Positions 48,501-55,383 of a stretch of DNA of 64,000 nucleotides are shown here, in pieces. The notes under the pieces are model-generated. The model was not told the DNA's origin. It made no database searches and saw only the letters and a list, made by a program, of their open reading frames with translations. The stretch comes from Planctomycetota bacterium (GTDB lineage: Bacteria; Planctomycetota; SZUA-567; H5-PLA8). Position 1 is the stretch's first letter, and the number at the start of each line of letters is the position of its first letter. A program made the position numbers and the translations under genes. The DNA lies in contig JBBRPR010000013.1 of assembly GCA_038227875.1 (NCBI GenBank), forward strand, positions 96,001-160,000, written 5' to 3'.

Positions 48501-51303
48501 TTATCGTCAGCGATTTCACCGATCGGTCCTGGTCAAGAATTGGATAGGTGCCCAAAGCGCCCGGAATCGTCACGTCTGCAGTGAAGTCTGGCACCACGCC
48601 CGACGACCAGTTGGACGCTTTGCCCCAATTCGTATTCGAAGTGCCAGTCCACGAAACCGCGCCTTGGATGCCGAACACCCAATTGGCGCTATTTCCACCG
48701 GAGTTCGTAGAGGAAGTTGCAACAATCGTGCTTCCGCTGGCGTTGCTATCCTTGACGTCCACAAATGAAGCGGTTTGAGCGGAACTGAGCACGAGATTCC
48801 ACGACTGATTTTTCTGACTGGAGCGCAGCGTGATCGAATTGCTCAACGCGCCGGTCAGCGTGAGCGTGTTGGTAACCGTCTGCGTCGTTGCCTTGGTAAA
48901 GGTCAAGGCCGAACCGCCAACCGTATCGGAAAGATTGTAGAAGGAGGTGTCGCCGACGAACAGATGATTCACGCCCAGCAGATTCACGGTGCCCGTGCCT
49001 GCGGCGAACGTACCGCCAGTGTTATCCCACGTGCTGTTCGTGTTACCGATGTTGATCGTGCCGGTACCCGCCGTAATCGTTCCCGCGTTGACTAGGTTGC
49101 GGGTGATGGTGGTCGTGGCCGGCAGCGTAAATGAGCCGCCAGTGTTGACGGTTAGATCGGTGGTCGCCTGCACCGCTGCAATCGATCCAGCGGTCGTCAA
49201 TGTGCTCCCTGTGTTCACGGTCAGGTTGTTGAACACTTCCGACGCGGCGGTGCCCTTGATCTTCTGCGTCGTGCCGTTGAAGGTCACGCCGCCGCTGGAC
49301 GTATGCGTGCCGCCATTGTTGGTCCAATCGCCGGAGACACTGACCGTCGCGACCAGATCGGCGAACGAGGTACCACTGCCAATCGTAACATTCGCGACGC
49401 TCAGGGACGTACCGCCCGCTCGGAACTGACCCGTTCCACTCACGACGACATCGCTGTAGGAAGCGCCGTCTGTGCTGGTTGCGATCACCGAGCCGCCCAC
49501 CGTCAGTGTGCCGGCGATCGTCGCCGACGGAATGGAAGTCGAGCCGGAACCCGAGAGCGTCAGATTAACGTAGCCGCCGGCCGCGCTGGCAATGGTTGGG
49601 GCGGCTCCCGTGTAGTTGACGGTATTGCCCGCAGCCGTCGCCACAAGGTTTCCGGTCGCGCTGCCAAGATTAAATGTTTGACTTGCGCCTTGGGTAAACG
49701 TACCTGCGCCCGAGAGCGTTCCGGCGATGGTCACCGTCGTGTTGTTGGTCACAGTGCCTGCATTGATCACGAGGTTGGAAAGACTGAACGTCTGTCCCAC
49801 TGGGTTGGTAAACGTTCCCGTACCGCAGCTCAGCGTCAGGGCCTGGCTGTTGTTGGCGACGCCGTTGACGGTGCTCGAGAACAGGATCACTCCCGAACCG
49901 GCATTCAAAGTCGCGCTTCCGGAAAGCGTAACCGCACCCGAGTAAGTCTGATTGCCCGTGCCGGGCGAACTGGTACTGATCGTAACGCCAGCAATGGTGC
50001 TGGTACCGCTGACGGACAGAAACTCCAGCGGCTTGGTCGCGCCGACGGCGCCATTAAAGGTGGCGTTGGCGTTGATGGTCAAGGATTCGGTGCCGGTGCC
50101 CGTGCCATTCACGGCGTTGAGGCTGACACTGGTGTTTGTTGCCAGCGTGACATCCTGTTGCAGCGTCACGGCGCCGTTGAATGTTTGTATGCCCGTGTCG
50201 AAGCCGGGGAAGTTGGTGGTGATTGAGGAAGTATTAATTACGGCAGGGCCCGAGACCGTCAACCTGCTGGGAACCAACGTTCCGCCAACCACTCCATTAA
50301 AGGTGGTGGAGCCGCCGGTGCAGTTTGTGACCAGAGGATATAATGAACCGTCAACGGTCGAATTGAAGTTGATGCCGCCCCCAGAGGTCAACGTCGTTAA
50401 ACCCGTAAACGTCAGGGCCGTGTAATTCTGTGCGCCTGTCGTTGTGATAGTGACACCATTCAAGGTGACCGGGCCATTATTAACGGTCAAGCTGCCCAGA
50501 GACCCCCCATTAAAGATGGTAGTCGTGCCGGCGGTGTTGATGGTTAAACCAAAAGTCAGGCCCGTAAAGCCGTTATTGACAATCGAGATGGCCCCACTCG
50601 TGGTGGATTGCAATTGTGTGGTGGCGCCCAGAATAATTCCTTGTCCATAATTCTGACCATGAACAGTTTTAATGGATGCACAATTGATCGTCGCGGTCTG
50701 GTTGGAGGCAATCGAATCCAGCGGTTGCGTCCCACCGACGTTTCCGCCGAAAGTGACATTAGCTCCACTGAATGAGAGTACTTCAGAGCCCGCTGTTCCG
50801 TCGACCGTGGAACTGAACAGCACTTTATTTGACGTTGAATTGACTCCAAGCGTCGTGCTGGCGGTCAGTGTTACCGCGCCTGTATAGGTCTGGTCGCCGT
50901 TATTGGTATTGATCGTGTCTGTTCCAATCGACGTCGTCGAAGTAATCGTCAGGAAACCCAGCGACGTCAATGAGCCGACGCGTCCATTTATGACTGCAGT
51001 TTGACTTACGGTCAGTCCAAAGACGCCGTCCAACTTTCCTGTTCCGTTAATCGTCAGGGTTTTGCAGTTCTCATTATTGTTATTGATCGTCACCGCATGA
51101 TTGATAATCACATCGTCGCCGCCGCCAGGCGTAGTTGCTACGCCCCAAGTTGCGGGCGTATCCCAACTTCCCGCAACCGCGCTCGTATACGTCGCGGCTC
51201 GTACATTTCCGCACATCACCGCACTGCACACTGCGACGACCAACGCAAACGTTCCCGCGACGGTTCGCAACCAATTCTGCGACGCTGGCTTATGAAACAT
51301 CAT
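42502..51303 (-). CDS. Giant (2933-aa) secreted/surface protein: beta-helix-like T/G/S-rich repeats, Ig-like domains, two PKD domains and a C-terminal domain
   Basis: Signal peptide ending NVRA; tandem repeats; Big-like FTVTFNKAVTGF and YTVVFSKSV; PKD YTWDFGDG and FAWDFGDG. Confidence 0.9.
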   Translation of the reverse strand: MMFHKPASQNWLRTVAGTFALVVAVCSAVMCGNVRAATYTSAVAGSWDTPATWGVATTPGGGDDVIINHAVTINNNNENCKTLTINGTGKLDGVFGLTVSQTAVINGRVGSLTSLGFLTITSTTSIGTDTINTNNGDQTYTGAVTLTASTTLGVNSTSNKVLFSSTVDGTAGSEVLSFSGANVTFGGNVGGTQPLDSIASNQTATINCASIKTVHGQNYGQGIILGATTQLQSTTSGAISIVNNGFTGLTFGLTINTAGTTTIFNGGSLGSLTVNNGPVTLNGVTITTTGAQNYTALTFTGLTTLTSGGGINFNSTVDGSLYPLVTNCTGGSTTFNGVVGGTLVPSRLTVSGPAVINTSSITTNFPGFDTGIQTFNGAVTLQQDVTLATNTSVSLNAVNGTGTGTESLTINANATFNGAVGATKPLEFLSVSGTSTIAGVTISTSSPGTGNQTYSGAVTLSGSATLNAGSGVILFSSTVNGVANNSQALTLSCGTGTFTNPVGQTFSLSNLVINAGTVTNNTTVTIAGTLSGAGTFTQGASQTFNLGSATGNLVATAAGNTVNYTGAAPTIASAAGGYVNLTLSGSGSTSIPSATIAGTLTVGGSVIATSTDGASYSDVVVSGTGQFRAGGTSLSVANVTIGSGTSFADLVATVSVSGDWTNNGGTHTSSGGVTFNGTTQKIKGTAASEVFNNLTVNTGSTLTTAGSIAAVQATTDLTVNTGGSFTLPATTTITRNLVNAGTITAGTGTINIGNTNSTWDNTGGTFAAGTGTVNLLGVNHLFVGDTSFYNLSDTVGGSALTFTKATTQTVTNTLTLTGALSNSITLRSSQKNQSWNLVLSSAQTASFVDVKDSNASGSTIVATSSTNSGGNSANWVFGIQGAVSWTGTSNTNWGKASNWSSGVVPDFTADVTIPGALGTYPILDQDRSVKSLTINSGASVDDANQGYNLNIVGTASTLVNAGQVLGTTTVVFPGTIVSNLGGSWAAGTSLLLQGAAAQTLQGGGSFAAITLNNAAGASLSGITLNAGAITVQTGTFDTNSNAATCSSLTVTGGTFKALSNNLTVTGNVDINTSGNLIAPTSAFSMKVGGNWSFAGSGTFTNNSGKVIFNGGSPQTLNSGGKTFFDLDVQSAGGLTLSAAVNSAGTLSQTSGSFSAGANAITAKNVSIVLGTFTAPSAGASFTVSGNWVYTAGTFSHNNGKVTFNGGAAQTLNSGGQAFFDLDVQSAGLALQSTGVTSAGTFSQTSGLFTAGARTVTAKNVTIAGGTLTAPNVGVSFLVSGNWTYTGGAFAANSGMVTFNGGTAQTLNSGGQSFFDLDVQSTGGLSLLTTGVTIAGTLSQTSGAFTPGAQSITTKNVSITGGTFTAPPAGTSFTVSGNWSRTPTGIFTHNSGKVTFNGGAAQTLNSGGQTFFDLDNQNTVGGLSLLTTGLTSTGTFTQTSGSFTAGALAITAKNVAIAGGTFTAPPTGTSFTVSGNWTYSAGTFTANGGKVTFNGGAAQTLNSGGQAFFDFDNQSTGGLSLLTTGVTSTGTFSQSSGTFSGGALSITANNVTITGGTLTAPNSTGSFTVSGNWSRSGGAFTANGGKVTFNGGAAQSLNSGGQSFFDIDNQSTGLGLVTNALALAGTFKQTSGAFTAGGLAVSFNNLTLAGGNFTAPGFGVSFTVSGNWSRTGGSFTANGGKVTFNGTTQSLTSGGEHFFDLRNQASTSLTLADALTCDGALSATGLTILNGATVSTAAGQTYAAVTVGSASTLSDSGGTAITFGGAVDGSNSLIVTTTGAVNINSTIGNTTPLTSLTITGGGATTAVTTATVKTSGAQNFNNALTVAAATTTFTGSTVSFASTLDGSAAGMVVAITGGASFGGLVGGTTPLSSLSVSVATAINTTAISTTGDQTYTGAVTLGANPTLTSSTGNVIFSSTIDGARSLTLNATTATKGVTLGGIVGATPLTNLTVNASKILTLGFNVSVTTTLTLNVTVGGVNQTGGIVTATNLLLTGAGTMTLTKSNAIGTLAANINGALSVFNGSALTVGTVGATSGIKTSGKNVSVSALPNTLTVSNTIDTTPVGPPNGISFVGTNVSPSSPSLTLGQGNIALNDDGLGPTVAITTPGQANPTNNGTIVFTVTFNKAVTGFTSSSVTTTNGTVQTITGGPSVYVVTVTGATSNPATNVTLQVKSGAGGSGVTDAQGTANTLASNTGTVLFDTVPPTVLTVTRVNSSPTNLAAVQYTVVFSKSVLNVVAADFTIPSAPLAGSLFPIAGFSVSNVSGSGTTYTITLNTGSGDGTLGLNVPAAGTTIVDAAGNAFVTGFTMTFPGTSTYDIVKTKPAIIGITSVAPDGVYNAGDSLVVNVQFTKNVTLTGGNLLIPLDTGVVLSIPPFGPANNVNVTYTVGAQETSASDPSDNLNVAAATVSLGVGAVAGDNVGNSLILTTPMPNFPGKQIKINAAPLLASPLSVAFDPAFATDQIPGVGLPGQTQTFSVSVTDLDLNPPFPVAANVLTYTWDFGDGTTATTTGATNFITHQFAAAGNLTVKVTVNDGRGGAPVISTLGVSINTPPRTDGNGIVLGLNPIGFDTEESFTITTLGMGGLDQDGDALNFAWDFGDGVTASGQTVTHTYPLDSFPKSAFAADGTVQVTATVTITDPVRGPSAGKVVQQVSIKLLNPFGNVVSVVDDITTDNPISNLTIASKGSKGAVRFSITGAVGAVTSTIEPSDGVSPQGTIKGLTFFALFSKPGIFVVKATDSVGNTVRKMVPITLNETLGGERKNIAAFKSDQSFIIGRFAFNKPKSKDSVVFRGRFPLNPSDYPTGTHSFHVGLGNIIISGTVDAKGKGTATSVVDALGVDHGPKAAKLFRFILDVKNQRAVLSTMVTFPNMSQGGFDSSGVVATFGATGKNGALQPLNVQVALLIDQSLSYASLISAGFLAKNGTGRLAGAKR
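46165..48078 (-). repeat. Six full plus one partial ~96-aa tandem repeats in the giant protein
   Basis: Unit approximately FTAP....SFTVSGNW....G.F..N.GKVTFNGGAAQTLNSGGQ.FFDLD.QS.GL.L...G...QTSG. Confidence 0.9.
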
Positions 51304-51391
51304 TACAGTATCTCCCTGCTGCTGATCGCAACGGCGGTGAATCTAAAATTAAATTGCTATGAGTCGGACGCGGGATGCTTCAAAGTACGTG

Positions 51392-52975
51392 TCAGAAACC
51401 GACCTGAAAGTTTACGACGAACACGTTGTTGTTTACTTCGCGCAAGCCCAACTGCGGGTTACTGGAGGTCGGATCCCTTACGATCATGTAGTTAAACTGC
51501 ACTTTTGTTCCACGTCCCGAAACATAATAATTCAGGCCGCTGGTGTAGACAGAAGTCTTGAACTGGAGCGTGTTTCTGTCCGGGTTCGCCGGGTTTTCCA
51601 TAGCCAGATTCTGATAGACTTCATAGCGGAAAGCGAATTCCATGTTCGCCAGCGCCTTGTCCAGCACGCCACCCTTCTTCAAGCTCGGCTCGAAAATCGA
51701 TTCCGGCATATAATAACCGGTCGAAAAATACCAGCCTTCCGCCGTGACTGGCGCAGGATTACGCTGGGTGAATCCATTGCCGCCGCGCGGACCGTTCTGA
51801 CCCAGGTCAACGCTGCCGATGCCCAGGAAACTCGTGATCGCGCCCGAGCCGTAACGGTCGTGACCGTCGCCCCATTCGCCGCGCAGCCACCAGCCCTTGA
51901 CCGGACCTTCCGGGCGGTACCACGCCCACGCCGCATTGCGGCGCACGGCCGTGCGCTGACGGTCGAGCGAATTGGTCGAGAAATCCGGATCGTATTCCTG
52001 GCCGTTTCCACCATGGACGCCATTGGTCTGCGCGTAACCGAGTTCCAAGCGGCCGTACCACTTCTTGGTATCCCAGACCGGACGTCCGGCGATGCGCCAG
52101 GCGAAATCCTTCTTGCTGTTGTCGTCGGTGCGGTTGCCGGCTTCAGTGATTTCAGGGTCGCTTAGGATCGTGCCCGACGGACCGTTGAACGCTCCGAAGG
52201 AGTACTTCAAGCGATCATCGAACCACGTTCCGGAAACCATCGCGCCCAGGTCGCGGACGTTGTTGATCCCCGTGACCATCGCGCGTTCGACGAAATCCAG
52301 CTGGCCGCTATTGCGGAACGCTTCTTCGCCCGCCGGCGGCTTGAACTGCCCGATCGTGAACGAATGGTGCGGCACATAGCCGGAGAAATTGATGTACGCG
52401 TCCTGGAGCACACGGGGCTGAACGTTCTTGGACTGAATCTCGCCCGTCTGCAGCACTTGGAGATTGCCATTGGGCGTATTGTGCTTCGGGAATGTCGGCA
52501 ACGGGTAAAATCCCGGGTTGGCTTCGCGCGCCGGATCCAGCAGCACGAATCCGGAAATGTGCTCATCGACCTGATACGTGAAATGCAATTCCGAACGGCG
52601 GATGCGGAACGTGCTGTTCTGGTTGCCTTCGTTGGTTTCCTTCCGGAGCTGCGGCGTGCCGTTGCCCGGCGGGAAGAACAGCTGCTGCGTCGAATTTCCA
52701 ATGTTGTCTTTTTCAGGGCACTGAAACCAGCACTGCAACAGTCCGCCCATCGTCAACTTACCTTGCCGATTGGTGACGATGGCGTTGGGGCCGTAGCGGT
52801 TTTCCAACGCCAATTCCGCTTGTGCGATAGGTGCTTTGGGCGTGTTCTTTTCTTTGTCGTTGAGGTCTTTGCGAAGCTGATCGACTTGGGCACGAAGGTC
52901 CTCGGTGACGTCAGAGGCCACAAGTGCATTTTGCATGAGGACAAGTAACAGAACCAGCAACAACGGTTGGCGCAT
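51392..52975 (-). CDS. Outer-membrane porin (phosphate-selective porin O/P-like)
   Basis: Signal peptide, short coiled coil, FRIRRSEL, QDAYIN, GQFKPP, RDLGAM, GLNYY and terminal NFQVGF. Confidence 0.8.
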   Translation of the reverse strand: MRQPLLLVLLLVLMQNALVASDVTEDLRAQVDQLRKDLNDKEKNTPKAPIAQAELALENRYGPNAIVTNRQGKLTMGGLLQCWFQCPEKDNIGNSTQQLFFPPGNGTPQLRKETNEGNQNSTFRIRRSELHFTYQVDEHISGFVLLDPAREANPGFYPLPTFPKHNTPNGNLQVLQTGEIQSKNVQPRVLQDAYINFSGYVPHHSFTIGQFKPPAGEEAFRNSGQLDFVERAMVTGINNVRDLGAMVSGTWFDDRLKYSFGAFNGPSGTILSDPEITEAGNRTDDNSKKDFAWRIAGRPVWDTKKWYGRLELGYAQTNGVHGGNGQEYDPDFSTNSLDRQRTAVRRNAAWAWYRPEGPVKGWWLRGEWGDGHDRYGSGAITSFLGIGSVDLGQNGPRGGNGFTQRNPAPVTAEGWYFSTGYYMPESIFEPSLKKGGVLDKALANMEFAFRYEVYQNLAMENPANPDRNTLQFKTSVYTSGLNYYVSGRGTKVQFNYMIVRDPTSSNPQLGLREVNNNVFVVNFQVGF

Positions 52976-53118
52976 TTCCGCCCCATGAGGGAAAAACTGC
53001 TCGGCTGAATATATCTAAGCTATCAGAATCGTGGGGCGTGTCAACTGGCGATAGTCATTTGTTAGCCCGGCTTAAGTATACATAAACACAATGGCGGATT
53101 AATCATAGGTATTTACGA

Positions 53119-53943
53119 CTACTTCAGTGCACGCAGCACTTCGTTCATATTCTTGAAGCGGTCCGCTGGCTCCTTTTCGATCATCTTGAGGATCAGGGTG
53201 GCCAAAGTTGCCGGAACCGTGGGGTTGAAATGCTGCAGCGGCTCAGCCCGAGGGGCCTTGGAGAAGTTCGAAATCAACTCCAACGCCGTGCGCCCATCAA
53301 AGGGAGTGCGGCCAGTCAGCACGTGGTAAAAGGTCGCACCGAGACTGTAAACATCACTGCGCTCGTCGACGTTCCGGGCTTCCCACTGCTCAGGCGCCAT
53401 ATAATGGGGCGTACCCACGATCGTGCCTTCGGTCGTCAACCGTGAGCCGTCGATGGTGCCGAGCACCGCCAGCCCGAAGTCTACAACTTTGATCTTGCCG
53501 TCCTTCGTCAACATCAGGTTGTCGGGCTTCAAGTCGCGATGAATCACACCCTTCTCGTGAGCCACGAGCAGACCGCGCGCGGCGCCGCGCATGAATTCAA
53601 TGACGCGCGGAAAATCGGAACTCGCGCCATTGCGGAGCAGCTCCGCCAGCGAACCGCCGGAGATGTATTCCATTTCGATGAACTGGTATTGGCCTTCGCG
53701 CCCGACGTTGCGGATCTGGACGATGTTCTCGTGGTTCAGCTGCGCGGCCGTGCGGGCTTCGCGCAGGAAGCGCTGTTCGACGCGCTTGTCGCGGCGGCCG
53801 GACTGATGGAGCACCTTGATTGCGACGTCCATGTCCAGCGCCAGGTGGCGGGCGTGGTAGACCTCCCCCATCCCGCCCCGGCCAATGCGCTGCATGATCC
53901 CGCAGCCGCCGATGATCGTGCCGCGAGACAACAGCGGCGGCAT
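53119..53943 (-). CDS. Ser/Thr kinase domain (probably the C-terminal part of a frameshifted ATPase-kinase fusion)
   Basis: GRGGMGEV, VAIK, HRDLKPDN, DFG and GTPHYMAPE motifs; protein-like sequence begins near ATG 53943. Confidence 0.85.
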   Translation of the reverse strand: MPPLLSRGTIIGGCGIMQRIGRGGMGEVYHARHLALDMDVAIKVLHQSGRRDKRVEQRFLREARTAAQLNHENIVQIRNVGREGQYQFIEMEYISGGSLAELLRNGASSDFPRVIEFMRGAARGLLVAHEKGVIHRDLKPDNLMLTKDGKIKVVDFGLAVLGTIDGSRLTTEGTIVGTPHYMAPEQWEARNVDERSDVYSLGATFYHVLTGRTPFDGRTALELISNFSKAPRAEPLQHFNPTVPATLATLILKMIEKEPADRFKNMNEVLRALK

Positions 53944-55274
53944 CGTGCGCGAGCCTTCTGCGACGAGCCCGTCAGATCGCGACTGAGCGCCTCCTCCAGC
54001 GGCAGATCTTCGGTGCTGGCGTGATGGGCCGGCGAGGGCGACGTACCGCGGAACGCGCTGGTCACGATGCGCTGGTTGGCCGCCAAGGGCTGGCGACCCG
54101 AGGCGGGTTTCGGGGCGTCTTTCTGCGAAACGGCCTTGTGGCGCGCGCCGGATTTCATTCCCGGCCGCAGCTTGCCCACCGACGACGCCGATTCCTTCCA
54201 CAGCGCCACCGACGGATGCGCCGCGCCGGCGATGTTCAAGGCCGAGGCCAGCACTTGGGAATAGAGCAGATTGCGCGGCCGGCCAATGCCGTCTTCGTCG
54301 GCGCGGATCAGGCCGAGGTGAAGCAGTTCGCGGATCGGGCGGTGAATCTTGTCGCACGGCACGCTGCTGTCCGGTGAGTAGATTTCCGAGGCCGTGCGCC
54401 GCAGATCGGCGCGGCCGGCCAGCAGGCCCAGCGTGGAGCCGAGCAGATCGGTGACCATCTCGTTGACGGCCGGATAGACTTCCTTCCACGCATCGGCCGG
54501 AGAATTTCCAGCGGAGCGCTGCTCGTAGGCGAAGTGGCCGATCATCTGCGTGATCGCGGGGTGACCCGTCGCCAGTTCCCACGTCTGGCGCGACCAGTCG
54601 GCGACTTCCATCTCGCTGATCGCCGGGACGAGACCTTTGAGCAGCAGTTCGTTGACCTCTTCGAACGTAAAGTCCTGCAGGAAAATCTGCTGCGCGATGT
54701 TCAGCGGCGACGTACGGCCGGACGCCGTGAGGTCGCGCAAGTCCATCGAACTTCCCGTGATCAGCGAGAAGCCGCGCGCATCCTGAGAGAGCGTGCGCTG
54801 TTCGGTGTAGGCCGCGCGCAGAGCGAGAACCAGTTTCCGCGCGGGCTCGTCGGACCACGCGTCGAAGCCGTCGACAAAAACGGTCAGCATCTCCGGCTGC
54901 GGCTTTTTGGCTTCGGCGCGCGCGACGGCGTTCAGCACGTCGGTGACGTTGGCCGGATGCGCGGGGAGGTCCAGATCGGGATTGACTTCCGCGATCTCTC
55001 TCGCGAGCACGCGCGCCGCTTCCTTGGGTGGATCGTCCATGAACGACAGGTTGGCCAGGTCGAGAAACGCCGAACGCGGCAGGATCTTGCGCAAGCCGAG
55101 CAAAAACGTCGTCGTCCCGGATCGCGGCGGAGCGGAGACCGTCAGGAACCCGCCACGGCGCAGCAGCGCCAGGGCCTGCTTCTGAGCCGCCGCGCGTTCG
55201 CAGGCGACGGCACGGCCGGACTTCTCATCGCGCGGTGTCAACGGTTCCTGATATTCGAATGGATTGCTTTGCAT
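53736..55274 (-). CDS. AAA-like/STAND-type P-loop domain protein with degenerate Walker motifs; apparently frameshifted near 53960
   Basis: NPF, APPRSGTT (Walker A Lys replaced), VFVDGFD, SPLNI and TGHP motifs. The last ~69 codons overlap the kinase gene and read like off-frame sequence. Confidence 0.7.
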   Translation of the reverse strand: MQSNPFEYQEPLTPRDEKSGRAVACERAAAQKQALALLRRGGFLTVSAPPRSGTTTFLLGLRKILPRSAFLDLANLSFMDDPPKEAARVLAREIAEVNPDLDLPAHPANVTDVLNAVARAEAKKPQPEMLTVFVDGFDAWSDEPARKLVLALRAAYTEQRTLSQDARGFSLITGSSMDLRDLTASGRTSPLNIAQQIFLQDFTFEEVNELLLKGLVPAISEMEVADWSRQTWELATGHPAITQMIGHFAYEQRSAGNSPADAWKEVYPAVNEMVTDLLGSTLGLLAGRADLRRTASEIYSPDSSVPCDKIHRPIRELLHLGLIRADEDGIGRPRNLLYSQVLASALNIAGAAHPSVALWKESASSVGKLRPGMKSGARHKAVSQKDAPKPASGRQPLAANQRIVTSAFRGTSPSPAHHASTEDLPLEEALSRDLTGSSQKARARCRRCCLAARSSAAAGSCSALAGAGWGRSTTPATWRWTWTSQSRCSISPAAATSASNSASCAKPARPRS

Positions 55275-55276
55275 CT

Positions 55277-55377
55277 AGCAGCCCGTTGAAAAAATTTGTT
55301 CCGCCAAGTTTCTCCGTGAAACGCCTGGCAGTAAAGGCGTTTCGCGGCGCAGTACAGGAGTTTATCTACGGGCTGCT
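55277..55377. mobile_element. Putative MITE/REP-like element (101 bp) with terminal inverted repeats
   Basis: The left end AGCAGCCCGTTGAAAAA and the reverse-complemented right end AGCAGCCCGTAGATAAA match at 15/17. There is an internal GAAACGCCT/AGGCGTTTC hairpin and CTAG at the left junction. Confidence 0.5.
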
Positions 55378-55383
55378 GTGCGC

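Noticed and set aside
51392..52975. Porin as a TpsB two-partner transporter for the giant protein
   Set aside because: No POTRA/Omp85 features, and the giant protein lacks a recognisable TPS (NPNG) domain.
53944..54858. N-terminal ~305 aa of the listed 579-aa kinase ORF
   Set aside because: Arg/Gly-rich off-frame translation lying over the ATPase gene.
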